DNA of 64,000 bases from Spirochaetota bacterium (lineage in GTDB: Bacteria; Spirochaetota; UBA4802; JAFGDQ01). Below the pieces are notes generated by a model. That model was not told the origin of the DNA, ran no database searches, and saw only the letters and a program-made list of their open reading frames with translations. Shown here piece after piece: positions 39,912 to 49,102 of the stretch (position 1 is the stretch's first letter; every line of letters begins with the position of its first letter). A program made the translations under genes and the position numbers. Location: contig JAZDKB010000019.1 in NCBI GenBank assembly GCA_043803405.1, positions 360,218 to 424,217 of the forward strand. Reading direction: 5' to 3'.

Positions 39912-40591
39912 TTTAACTTATCCTTAAATAACTTTTTTATAAAGACAGGCGCCAGCGACATTAATGCCAGTAAAAGGAATGCAATGAGGATTCTTGCCGA
40001 AATTATATCCGCAATGCTTTCAAGGGTGCCAGCCTGGCGTCCGCTATAAATATAAACGAATGACCCTGGTATAATTCCGACTGACGTTGTCCATAGAAAA
40101 GTTCTGAGAGGTATTCGTGAAATACCGGCAAAGATATTGACAAGAAAAAACGGGATCAGCGGTATAAACCTGAGCGCGAGCATATAATTATTTCCATGCT
40201 TTTCAATCTCGCTGTTGAAACCACTGAGTTTGTCCTCATACTTATTTTGTATCCACGACCCGAATATATAGCGTGAAAACATGAAGGCGGACACGGCCCC
40301 TGATGTAGCGCCTATATTAACATAAAATATTCCCGCAAATCCGAACAGGAACCCACCTGCCAATGTCAATACTGCAGCTCCCGGTATGGAAACGGCAGTA
40401 ACAATTAAATATATTAATATGTAAATAATCACGGAAAAAAGATAATTCAGGGATACAAAAGAAACCAGCTGCTGTTGATACAGTTTAAATTGCTCGAACG
40501 TCAGAAGCGTGTCAAGCCCGGTTAATTTCACCGCTGCAATGGCAGCTGCAACAGTCATTAAAACTATTATTCTTTTAGCAGTACGATTCAT
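39908..40591 (-). CDS. TVP38/TMEM64 (VTT/DedA-like) membrane protein
   Basis: SIPGAAVLTLAGGFLFG, LRFIPLIPFFLVN, GIIPGS. Confidence 0.88.
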   Translation of the reverse strand: MNRTAKRIIVLMTVAAAIAAVKLTGLDTLLTFEQFKLYQQQLVSFVSLNYLFSVIIYILIYLIVTAVSIPGAAVLTLAGGFLFGFAGIFYVNIGATSGAVSAFMFSRYIFGSWIQNKYEDKLSGFNSEIEKHGNNYMLALRFIPLIPFFLVNIFAGISRIPLRTFLWTTSVGIIPGSFVYIYSGRQAGTLESIADIISARILIAFLLLALMSLAPVFIKKLFKDKLK

Positions 40592-42015
40592 TTGAAAGAA
40601 CGCAGCCATCCGATTAGTTTTACAACAGGATTATTTTTTATCCTGTCTATATAAGCATCCCTTGCCGCAAGACGTACAATTTCAGAATACGTGGGATAGA
40701 TATGTATAACTGAGCTGAGCCTGTGAAGCGGAACGCCGAGTGTTTTTGCGGCATGCACTTCATGAATAATTTCGCCTGCCCTTTTCCCAAGAATATGTAT
40801 GCCAAGTATCCTGCCTTTTTTTGTACAAATAAATTTTGCAAGCCCGTTCGTTGCCACGTCAGTTTTCGCACGGTCGATATTCGAGTAAGGAACGCGATAA
40901 ATCCTGATATGGTTTTTGTATCTTTCGGCAGCTTCCTTCTCAGTAAGCCCGCTCCTCGCAAGCTCCGGATCGGTAAATGTGCACCAGGGAATATTACGGT
41001 AGTCCGCTTTCTTTTTAAACGGGATAAAAGCATTACTAACTGCCAGTATTGCCTGGTAGTTCGCTACATGACTGAACTGAAAGGGACCGGTAACATCACC
41101 CGCGGCATATATATTGTTTACTGAAGTCAGCATGGTCTTACTCACAATTATTCCTGTGGAGCCTAATCGGACACCGGCTTGCTTAAGTCCGAGGCCTTCA
41201 ACGTTGGGTTTCCTGCCCGCGGCTATCAGCACAATTTCCGCGTTTATTTTTTCTTTTCTGCCATTCTTCTGCTCGTATAAAATTATACTGCCGGTTCCTT
41301 TTTTATCAATTCGAACAACCCTGGCTCCGGTGATTATCTTCACTCCTTCTGAGCGAAGAATATCCGCAAGAAGTGTGCTGCATTCGCTGTCTTCGCGCGG
41401 AAGTATACCTGGCGCCATTTCGACCACACTGACATTTACGCCGAGCCTGTTAAAAGCAGAAGCGAGTTCTATGCCGATCGGACCTCCGCCCAGCACGGCC
41501 ATTGATACCGGCAGCCTGGAAAGCGAAAAAATATTTTCGTTCGTATAATACTTTATCTTTTCCAGCCCTTCAACAGGCGGCACCGCAGGCCTTGAACCCG
41601 TGGTAATAATAAACATAGAAGATGTAACCGGCTTATCATTCAGGCGTATAGTATGAGGATCCGTAAATACAGCACGGGTGTTTTCAAATGCTGCAATGCC
41701 TGATTTTTTAAAATGCTCCGGGGTTTCATTGCTGTATACGTACTTTATTACTGCCGCGACTTCCTGAAACACTCTGTTCCTGCGGCGGGTATCCGGCTTA
41801 GAACCGGGATTAGCGACGTTAGACATATTGACTGTATCTGCTATATGCAGAAGCGCTTTGCTCGGCACGCACCCTGACCATGTGCACTCTCCGCCGAATT
41901 TTTTTACATCAACCAATGCAGCCCTTTTGCCAAGTCCATGGGCAAGGGTTACGGCAGTGATCCCAGCGCCACCTCCGCCTATTGCAATGAGGTCGTAATC
42001 ATATTTTTTTTTCAT
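40588..42015 (-). CDS. Pyridine nucleotide-disulfide oxidoreductase (dihydrolipoamide dehydrogenase/MerA-like, not MerA)
   Basis: GGGGAG, GGECTWSGCVPSK, GGGPIG, IYAAGD, HIYPTYSE; lacks the MerA C-terminal Cys-Cys pair. Confidence 0.88.
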   Translation of the reverse strand: MKKKYDYDLIAIGGGGAGITAVTLAHGLGKRAALVDVKKFGGECTWSGCVPSKALLHIADTVNMSNVANPGSKPDTRRRNRVFQEVAAVIKYVYSNETPEHFKKSGIAAFENTRAVFTDPHTIRLNDKPVTSSMFIITTGSRPAVPPVEGLEKIKYYTNENIFSLSRLPVSMAVLGGGPIGIELASAFNRLGVNVSVVEMAPGILPREDSECSTLLADILRSEGVKIITGARVVRIDKKGTGSIILYEQKNGRKEKINAEIVLIAAGRKPNVEGLGLKQAGVRLGSTGIIVSKTMLTSVNNIYAAGDVTGPFQFSHVANYQAILAVSNAFIPFKKKADYRNIPWCTFTDPELARSGLTEKEAAERYKNHIRIYRVPYSNIDRAKTDVATNGLAKFICTKKGRILGIHILGKRAGEIIHEVHAAKTLGVPLHRLSSVIHIYPTYSEIVRLAARDAYIDRIKNNPVVKLIGWLRSFK

Positions 42016-42145
42016 ACATTTCCTTCATTGCCGATTTAATATAGTTCAGCGTATTACCTGGAACTTCCTGCCATCCTGCAAATTTCCTTCTCATGATAAA
42101 CCGGGATAATAACCGAGATTTCCGGTTTGATGGATGCAGTTGTCT

Positions 42146-43159
42146 TCACGCTGACTTAACCGCTGTTGCGCCCTGGCACGATGATCCTGCACCTGCGCAG
42201 CAGCCGTAACAGTGATTATGGACAGCAATTTTACGGTTACTTAGCGCATGGTAGTCAAACAGTTCAATTCTGTCCGGGGCACCGTGATCAATCGACAGTT
42301 TCAGCGCCTGATTAAAATCGCAGTCATAGAGCGTCCCGTCCCATCCGACTGATACTGTGCTGGTGCACATTGCATTGCTCATTGTCGCAGGATTAAAAGC
42401 GCGGCAAAGATCGTTAAAATAGTCATCATAATTTTCAGATTCTATTAAATATTCAAGATAACGCCCTACAGGCATATTCGTTATGCAATAAAGATTATTA
42501 AACACGACGCCGAATTGATCTTTAAGCCTGTTTCTATACTCATTTTCAAGCGCTTTCTGGCTGCCCGGCAGAAAAGCCCCCACGGGATTATGTATGATAT
42601 TAAGCATCATCCCGCTGCCATCGGATCCGTATCCAAGCATGTTGAGCATTCGGATAGCTTCGATTATCTTTTTGAAAGTACCGGCCCCGCGCTGCCGGTC
42701 CGATAATTCCTCATTGAATCCGGGCAAAGAAGTAATTATCTCAACCTTGTTGTCCGCAAAGATATCCAGCATATTTTTATATCCAGGATCCGGAAGCAAT
42801 ATCAGGTTTGTGCGCACTATAATGCGCGTTCCAGTGCTTTTAATACCGGGTATAAACCATTCCAGATTGCTGTTGAGTTCCGGAGCACCGCCTGTTATAT
42901 CCACTGTGCCGATTTCATTATGTCGTATCACATCAAGGCATTTTTCAAATACTGATTTTGGCATTTTATTCACAGCCTTCGGACCTGCCTCAAGGTGACA
43001 ATGTTTGCATGTTAGATTGCATAAATATCCCACATTAATTTGCAGTGTTTCCAGTTTTGAAGCTTTTAACGAGCCGCCTATATGCCGGATCACAGCTTCT
43101 TCAAATGGTATATTGCCTCCGATAAGGCATAATTTTTCCAGTTGTTTGCTGACTTCCAT
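42146..43159 (-). CDS. arsS: ArsS-type (DUF3641) radical SAM protein
   Basis: TLQINVGYLCNLTCKHCH, DITGGAPEL, YDCDFNQ, HCYGCCAGAGSSCQG. Confidence 0.88.
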   Translation of the reverse strand: MEVSKQLEKLCLIGGNIPFEEAVIRHIGGSLKASKLETLQINVGYLCNLTCKHCHLEAGPKAVNKMPKSVFEKCLDVIRHNEIGTVDITGGAPELNSNLEWFIPGIKSTGTRIIVRTNLILLPDPGYKNMLDIFADNKVEIITSLPGFNEELSDRQRGAGTFKKIIEAIRMLNMLGYGSDGSGMMLNIIHNPVGAFLPGSQKALENEYRNRLKDQFGVVFNNLYCITNMPVGRYLEYLIESENYDDYFNDLCRAFNPATMSNAMCTSTVSVGWDGTLYDCDFNQALKLSIDHGAPDRIELFDYHALSNRKIAVHNHCYGCCAGAGSSCQGATAVKSA

Positions 43160-43491
43160 TACATTTTCTTCTGTTTCACGATTTTACGCATCTGGGTGGA
43201 GTGGGCAAGCGTAATACCCGCCAGCATTGCGGCGCCTGTATGTACAGCTTCCATCATTTCATCTTCCGTAATGCCGAGTGAAGAACATTTGTTTGTATAC
43301 GCGTCAATGCAATACGGGCAATGTTGGGTCATTGCGACAGCAAGGGAGATCAGCGTCTTTTCGCGCTCTGACAGTTTCCCCCCGGCGGTTGCCGAATTAT
43401 AATATTCAAAAAATTTATTCCCCTGTTCCGGCGCATTTTCAATAATGTTGGGGAAATCCGCCAGATCCTTCGTTTCATAATAATTCGGCAT
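43159..43491 (-). CDS. CMD/AhpD peroxidase-like protein of the family associated with ArsS
   Basis: YY...DL..F, LSEREKTLISLAVA...CPYCIDAY, EMMEAVH; overlaps the arsS start. Confidence 0.88.
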   Translation of the reverse strand: MPNYYETKDLADFPNIIENAPEQGNKFFEYYNSATAGGKLSEREKTLISLAVAMTQHCPYCIDAYTNKCSSLGITEDEMMEAVHTGAAMLAGITLAHSTQMRKIVKQKKM

Positions 43492-43715
43492 ATCGATTCT
43501 CCATTTAATTTTAAACTTTTTTTACAAATCCGATGTCTATGCGGTGTTTAAGAAGCATAGGGATTTTCATATCCAGGGCAATTTTATTCGGGAATTATAT
43601 AATTAAAGCAGGAGTATGTCAAGCCATGACAACAATGAAATATTAATAACGGATATTGTTATAAAAATATGTTGGAATAATTGGTTCATTACGGAATGCG
43701 GAAGAAAATCTAAAA

Positions 43716-44000
43716 GCCCTCACCCCTAACCCTCTCCCGGAATATTATTTTTGAGATTAACTTTTTCTGTAGTCCGGGAGAGGGGAAGCTGAAAGGATTG
43801 ATTATATACAAAATATTAAAAAACATTTTCAAGAAATCTTAGACATGAATCAACAACGGAAGGAAAGAAACTCTTGAATGCATTAAGGAATAATAGTACT
43901 TTAAACAAAAAAATTAAAACTTAAAGGTTCCCCTCTCCAGGCCTGTAAGATTTACTTTTCACACAAAGCATTAAGCCGGGAGCGGGATAGGGGTGAGGGC
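43716..44000. repeat. REP-like doublet with 25-bp terminal inverted arms and AT-rich interior
   Basis: GCCCTCACCCCTAACCCTCTCCCGG ... CCGGGAGCGGGATAGGGGTGAGGGC (2 mismatches), with internal CCGGGAGAGGGGAA / TTCCCCTCTCCAGG. Confidence 0.8.
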
Positions 44001-44087
44001 ATTGGATGCCAAGACATTTTTTTATTTTTATTCCTTTTCCCCAACATTCGGGAAACTTTAAAAGGACTTATAAATAGAGATGCGTAT

Positions 44088-44116
44088 AAAAAAGAGCAGG
44101 GGCCTTAACCCCTGCT
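44088..44116 (-). terminator. Intrinsic terminator of the hsp20 pair
   Basis: AGCAGGGG-CCTTAA-CCCCTGCT hairpin with a T-run on the minus strand. Confidence 0.7.
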
Positions 44117-44134
44117 TGCAGAATCAACCGTTGT

Positions 44135-44166
44135 CCCTTTAAGGGACTTTCCCTTTAAGGGACTTT
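44135..44166. repeat. Tandem 16-nt palindromic duplication
   Basis: (CCCTTTAAGGGACTTT)x2 in the hsp20 3' UTR. Confidence 0.75.
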
Positions 44167-44190
44167 CTGCTTATGTTAATTTTTTTGTTA

Positions 44191-44562
44191 TTATTGAATT
44201 TTTACTTCAATCCTCCTGGGTTTTGCTTCTTCCTTTTTAGGCAGTTTTATAGTCAGTATTCCGTTTTCAAGATTTGCGGATAAAGCATTGCTATCAACTG
44301 TGTTATCAATTGTCAGTTTCCTGTAATAATCATACAGATCGAATTCCGAATATTTAAGATCACTTGAATCAGGAAAATTTCCGTTTATCCTGCCATTTAT
44401 TTCGAGCTCATTATTCTTTAAAGTTACTTCAAGCCCTTCTTTTGCGACACCGGGCATCTCACTTTTTATAATATATTCACTGTCATTTTCGTATATGTCA
44501 GTGGATGGAATTAGCCTGCACCCTTCATCTGTATTTCTATTAGTTATTAATTGCGCATCCAT
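44191..44562 (-). CDS. Hsp20/alpha-crystallin small heat shock protein
   Basis: PSTDIYE, EMPGV, ANLENGILTIKLPKKEEAKPRRIEV; GGAGG SD before ATG 44562. Confidence 0.9.
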   Translation of the reverse strand: MDAQLITNRNTDEGCRLIPSTDIYENDSEYIIKSEMPGVAKEGLEVTLKNNELEINGRINGNFPDSSDLKYSEFDLYDYYRKLTIDNTVDSNALSANLENGILTIKLPKKEEAKPRRIEVKIQ

Positions 44563-44575
44563 TTTAGTGCCTCCC

Positions 44576-44989
44576 TTATTGTATTTGAATTTTTTTCGGC
44601 ATTGCTTCTTCAGCCATTTCAAGCTTTACAGTCAGTATGCCGTCTTTCATGCTTGCACTGATTTTGTCCGGATCAACTTTATAGGGGATATTTACTGATC
44701 TGCTGAATTTCCCGTAGTCCCGTTCTCTCATCAAACACGAACCGGTATCAACGCTTTTTTTATCATATTCAATTAGAAGTGAATTGTCCTTTAATTGAAG
44801 ATTTATATCTTCTACTTTTTCACCCGGAGCCTGCACTTCGACATCAATTTTACCGTTTTTTTCGTAAATATTTACAAAAGGAGATTCTATAAAATCAGCA
44901 CAACAACAATCCTCTACGTAATCAGGAAATATGTTTTCTCCTACTAAACAGGCATCTATGTCATTTATAATATCACATGTTGCAATCAT
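44576..44989 (-). CDS. Hsp20 small heat shock protein with a Cys-rich N-terminus
   Basis: PFVNIYE, RERDYGKFSRSV, ASMKDGILTV; GGAGG SD. Confidence 0.9.
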   Translation of the reverse strand: MIATCDIINDIDACLVGENIFPDYVEDCCCADFIESPFVNIYEKNGKIDVEVQAPGEKVEDINLQLKDNSLLIEYDKKSVDTGSCLMRERDYGKFSRSVNIPYKVDPDKISASMKDGILTVKLEMAEEAMPKKIQIQ

Positions 44990-45226
44990 GGCTGGCCTCC
45001 TGTCACTCGTATTAATATGCGTTAGTTCTAAATCTTAAAACCAACTAACTCTTGATAACAGAATATACAAATTAAACAAGTAAACGTCAATAGGCAGAAA
45101 ATTTTTTTAATTATTTACAAATTTAAAACTATAGTTTAATATATTAAGATGCTGATAAGCTTTGCAAAATAGTTTAAAAAAAAGGGATTCTGTATAATTA
45201 AATATAATTTTTATTGAAAGTTACAC

Positions 45227-46360
45227 ATGACTGATACAACAAAATTATTTCATTTAATGCGTTTTTTTATTATACTATTATTTTGTCCTGCAGTATCTGC
45301 GGATTTTGATAATAATAAATTAAAAGATATTAAGCTTTCACCGGGATTCAAGATAGAGATATTTGCAGCGCCGGTCCCCGGAGCACGATCGCTTTCTCTC
45401 GGGAACAATGGCACGGTTTTTGTCGGAACCAGGTCAGCCGGCAGAGTCTATGCTGTTATTGACAACAATAAAGATTATACAGCTGATAAAATTATTGCAA
45501 TTGCAAAAGATCTGAACAATCCTAACGGCGTTGCTTTCCGGAAAGGTGATCTGTATGTCGCTGAGATCAGCAGGATTTTAAAATATAAAAATATTGAAAA
45601 TAATCTGAATGCGGCTGCCGTACCGGTGGTAATAAACGACACGTTTCCGAAGGAAGGCCATCATGGCTGGAAATTCATATCATTCGGTCCGGATGGAAAA
45701 TTATACGTGCCGGTCGGAGCACCCTGCAATATTTGCCTGTCTAAAGATAAAATGTATGCTTCAATAATGAGGATGAATCCGGACGGCTCCGGACTGGAAA
45801 TATTTGCGAACGGGGTAAGGAACACAGTCGGTTTTGACTGGAATCCGGACACCGGTGAACTATGGTTCACTGACAACGGACGCGACTGGCTTGGAAATGA
45901 CCAGCCTCCGGATGAGCTGAACCGCGCTCCTTTAAAAGGACTGCATTTCGGATATCCCTACATTCACGGCGATTCGGTTAAAGATCCGGATTTCGGCCGG
46001 GATATATCAAACGAGAGATTCGAAAAGCCGGCAAAAGAACTTGGAGCTCACGTTGCCGCGCTCGGCATGAGATTCTACACAGGAAAAATGTTCCCTGAAA
46101 AATACCGCAAACAAATATTCATTGCAGAACACGGATCATGGAACAGGGTGCCGCCTGCCGGCTACAGAATTATGCTTGCAGAGTTAATAAACAATAAAGT
46201 TGTTTCTTATAAACCATTCGCTGAGGGATGGCTGCGGGGTTTTAATGCATGGGGCAGACCTGTAGATGTTCTTAATATGCCGGATGGATCAATTATTATA
46301 TCAGATGACCGTGCTGATGTATTATACAGAATAACATACAGCAAAGGCATGAAATTATAA
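45227..46360 (+). CDS. Glucose/sorbosone dehydrogenase-like beta-propeller, exported
   Basis: HHGWKFISFGPDGKLYVPVGAPCN, GVRNTVGFDW, TDNGRD..PPDELN, AEHGSWNR, GRPVD. Confidence 0.87.
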   Translation: MTDTTKLFHLMRFFIILLFCPAVSADFDNNKLKDIKLSPGFKIEIFAAPVPGARSLSLGNNGTVFVGTRSAGRVYAVIDNNKDYTADKIIAIAKDLNNPNGVAFRKGDLYVAEISRILKYKNIENNLNAAAVPVVINDTFPKEGHHGWKFISFGPDGKLYVPVGAPCNICLSKDKMYASIMRMNPDGSGLEIFANGVRNTVGFDWNPDTGELWFTDNGRDWLGNDQPPDELNRAPLKGLHFGYPYIHGDSVKDPDFGRDISNERFEKPAKELGAHVAALGMRFYTGKMFPEKYRKQIFIAEHGSWNRVPPAGYRIMLAELINNKVVSYKPFAEGWLRGFNAWGRPVDVLNMPDGSIIISDDRADVLYRITYSKGMKL

Positions 46361-46497
46361 ATTCCGTCGTTATGTTCTTCTAACGGATTCCATTAGTATA
46401 AAATACTAAGATTGATTAATTTACAAAATTCAAATAATAGATTACAGTATATGAAAAGTTATACCTATGCAAATAAAAAAGGAGAAAGGAAAACTCT

Positions 46498-46962
46498 ATG
46501 AAAGGAAATGAAAAGTTGCTGGAAACATTAAACTCGCTCCTGGCGGACGAGCTTACTGCTGTAAATCAATATATGGTGCATTCGGAGATGGCGGATAATT
46601 GGGGATACAAAAAGCTGCATGATCATTTTGAAAAGCGGGCGATTGATGAAATGAAACATGCGGAAAAACTTATTGGCCGCATATTATTTCTTGAAGGTAT
46701 CCCGAACGTAAGTAATTACCGCAAAATAAATATCGGAGCCGATGTGCCTAAACAGCTCATGAGCGATCACGCGTCTGAAAGCGACGCAATCAAAGCCTAC
46801 AATGCCGGAATAAAACTTGCAGGCGAAGTGCCCGATTTTGCTACAAGAGAGGTCCTTGAGAAAATACTTAATGACGAGGACCGCCATTTGGATGAAATTG
46901 AAGCTCTTCAGGATCAGATCAAGCAGATGACCTTACAGATATTTTTATCTGCCCAGCTGTAA
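46498..46962 (+). CDS. bfr: Bacterioferritin
   Basis: MKG, ELTAVNQY..H, DEMKHAE, RILFLEG, DEDRH. Confidence 0.93.
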   Translation: MKGNEKLLETLNSLLADELTAVNQYMVHSEMADNWGYKKLHDHFEKRAIDEMKHAEKLIGRILFLEGIPNVSNYRKINIGADVPKQLMSDHASESDAIKAYNAGIKLAGEVPDFATREVLEKILNDEDRHLDEIEALQDQIKQMTLQIFLSAQL

Positions 46963-47016
46963 TGCAAACAGATATATTGCACTTGTGCAGTCAGCAAGAT
47001 TTATACAGGAGGAATT

Positions 47017-47391
47017 ATGGACAAAGTAGTTCATTTCGAAATTCCCTATGACAACAAAGACCGAGCTTCAAAGTTCTATTCGGAAATATTCGGATGGAAG
47101 CTTCTGGATATCCCGGAAATGCAGTATATAATGGTCTATGCTGCAAAGACGGATAAAAACAATATGGTTGATGAAAAAGGCGCTATCAATGGCGGTCTGT
47201 TTCAAAGGGATGATACCGCTAAACAACCTATGGTAGTGATAGGCGTAGAATCGATCGACGAAACGGTTAAGAAAGTGCTGTCAGCCGGAGGAAAGCTGGT
47301 AACTCCAAAGCAGCCGATACCGAATGGCTCTTATGCCAGGATTGCGGATTGTGAAGGGAATATAATCGGACTTGCTGATGAATCTAAATAA
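47017..47391 (+). CDS. VOC/glyoxalase family protein
   Basis: VVHFEIP...FYSEIFGW...GAINGG...DCEGNIIGL. Confidence 0.88.
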   Translation: MDKVVHFEIPYDNKDRASKFYSEIFGWKLLDIPEMQYIMVYAAKTDKNNMVDEKGAINGGLFQRDDTAKQPMVVIGVESIDETVKKVLSAGGKLVTPKQPIPNGSYARIADCEGNIIGLADESK

Positions 47392-47437
47392 CGTAAATTA
47401 ATTTTATAGCTTTTTTAATCAACCGGAGGATTGATAC

Positions 47438-49042
47438 ATGATTCTGGAAAATAAAAAAGCAGGAAAAGATAATCCCGGGTACCGTGAAGAGCTTGAGCTT
47501 GAAAATACTGCTTTAAAAGAGCAGATAAGGGAAGTATTATTTCTCCGCGATTACGACGAAAAGTTGCTGAAAAGCATGATAAGCAACAATGAGAAGCTCA
47601 TCAACCGTTATCTTGAAATGACCGAAACCAATGTTTCGGTCATTAAGAACGCAGTTGACGAATTCAAGCTCAATCTTTCAAACATGAACCAGGGCATTCA
47701 GCAAATGGCAATCGCGGTTACTGACCTCGCCGATTCTACGACCCGGCAGAACGATTTTTGCAGGCTTATTCTCGAGAACATACTGAAAGTAGAAAACAAC
47801 AATGAGCTGAGTTTCGATGACCTGAAAACATTAAACGCCAGTATAAATAATTTACGGACAAATTCAGAGGAACTGACAAAGCTTGTAACGAACGTGGAAG
47901 ATATCGCCGAAAGGCTGCGATATTTGAGCCTTAACGGAAAGATACAGGTGGCATTTCTGAAAAACCTTGAAAGGCAAATGAATGTTCAAAAAATGGGTGA
48001 AACCGCGGGTTTCGGAGTTATAGCCGACCGGATGGAAAAACTGTCCGGCAGGGTTGCAGGGCTCGTAAATGAACAAAACAGTTCTACAAAGTACATAATC
48101 GGCAATATTATGGAATCAGTGGAACTTTCGCACAAGGTTGAAAATATTCAGGTGGACAATCTTGCTTCACTAAAGGAAGTCTCGGAATTTGTTTCAAAAC
48201 TGTATGAAGAGTTAACTTCGGTAGCAGCAGGCTCCGAACAGCTTTCTTCCACTGCAGAGGAATTTTCCGCAAGTGTTGAAGAACTGTCCGCATCTATTGA
48301 TTCTATCGCAGTGACTATTACCGGCTTCCACGAAATGCTAAAAAAGGAAGTCGAACTTTATAAAAAGCTGGGAGTTATCGCGGATAAATTGCAAAAGATC
48401 GCAGATCGCTCTGAGAGCGTGCGGGATGCAGGCATGGAAATGATGAAATTATTCAGGACGGAATTCAAGGACTCCGCATCCGGGAAACCTCTTTTTGTAA
48501 TGGCACGGTTATTCGCGACAATTCCATACAGAGATATGCCGGACGATTACAGGAAAAAATTTTCCCGTGAAGGCGTTACGGATGAGTCTGTATTCCTCTG
48601 CCTGTTCGGCACATCAGGCGACGAATCCGACTGGGACGATGTATACAAGTCGAAAACCCACCAGGCAATGCTGCTTCCGGAAAGCGAAGATCAGCTTAAA
48701 CAAATGCCTATGCTCGCGAGAAACTTCGGGAAAATGGGCATACCTTACAGGGACATCGTTCACCCGGAAACAGGCGCAGAACGGCATACGGTAGAGGATT
48801 ATTCCCTGGAAAAGCAGGCAGAAGGATCGCCTTTTATACCTGATCAGGCTTTCGTAAAAAAATACGGTATAAAAAGCCAGATAGGCGTAGGCGGAGTGTT
48901 CCCGTCCGGGAATATCTTCACATGCTTTCTTTTCTCAAGAATGCCTCTTGACGACAACTTCGCGCAAACATTTAAAATAATACCTATGGCGCTTCAGATG
49001 GCGCTCTATAAATTCGATATTTCGCACAGGTATTTTGCGTGA
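47438..49042 (+). CDS. Soluble degenerate MCP-like coiled-coil protein with a C-terminal globular domain
   Basis: IAERLRYLSLNG...GFGVIADRMEKLS resembles the MCP hairpin; SEQLSSTAEEFSASVEEL heptads; no transmembrane helix. Confidence 0.75.
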   Translation: MILENKKAGKDNPGYREELELENTALKEQIREVLFLRDYDEKLLKSMISNNEKLINRYLEMTETNVSVIKNAVDEFKLNLSNMNQGIQQMAIAVTDLADSTTRQNDFCRLILENILKVENNNELSFDDLKTLNASINNLRTNSEELTKLVTNVEDIAERLRYLSLNGKIQVAFLKNLERQMNVQKMGETAGFGVIADRMEKLSGRVAGLVNEQNSSTKYIIGNIMESVELSHKVENIQVDNLASLKEVSEFVSKLYEELTSVAAGSEQLSSTAEEFSASVEELSASIDSIAVTITGFHEMLKKEVELYKKLGVIADKLQKIADRSESVRDAGMEMMKLFRTEFKDSASGKPLFVMARLFATIPYRDMPDDYRKKFSREGVTDESVFLCLFGTSGDESDWDDVYKSKTHQAMLLPESEDQLKQMPMLARNFGKMGIPYRDIVHPETGAERHTVEDYSLEKQAEGSPFIPDQAFVKKYGIKSQIGVGGVFPSGNIFTCFLFSRMPLDDNFAQTFKIIPMALQMALYKFDISHRYFA

Positions 49043-49102
49043 CATCGGTCAATTACCGGATTGTCCGATGGCATTGCCGGTTTTTAAAGAAGAGGGGATA
49101 TT

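Noticed and set aside
40588..42015. Mercuric reductase MerA
   Set aside because: No C-terminal Cys-Cys pair, no N-terminal metal-binding domain and no mer operon genes
42146..42200. Selenocysteine read-through in ArsS
   Set aside because: The GSS-C-QG position is a Cys codon, and the TGA lies after the normal C-terminus
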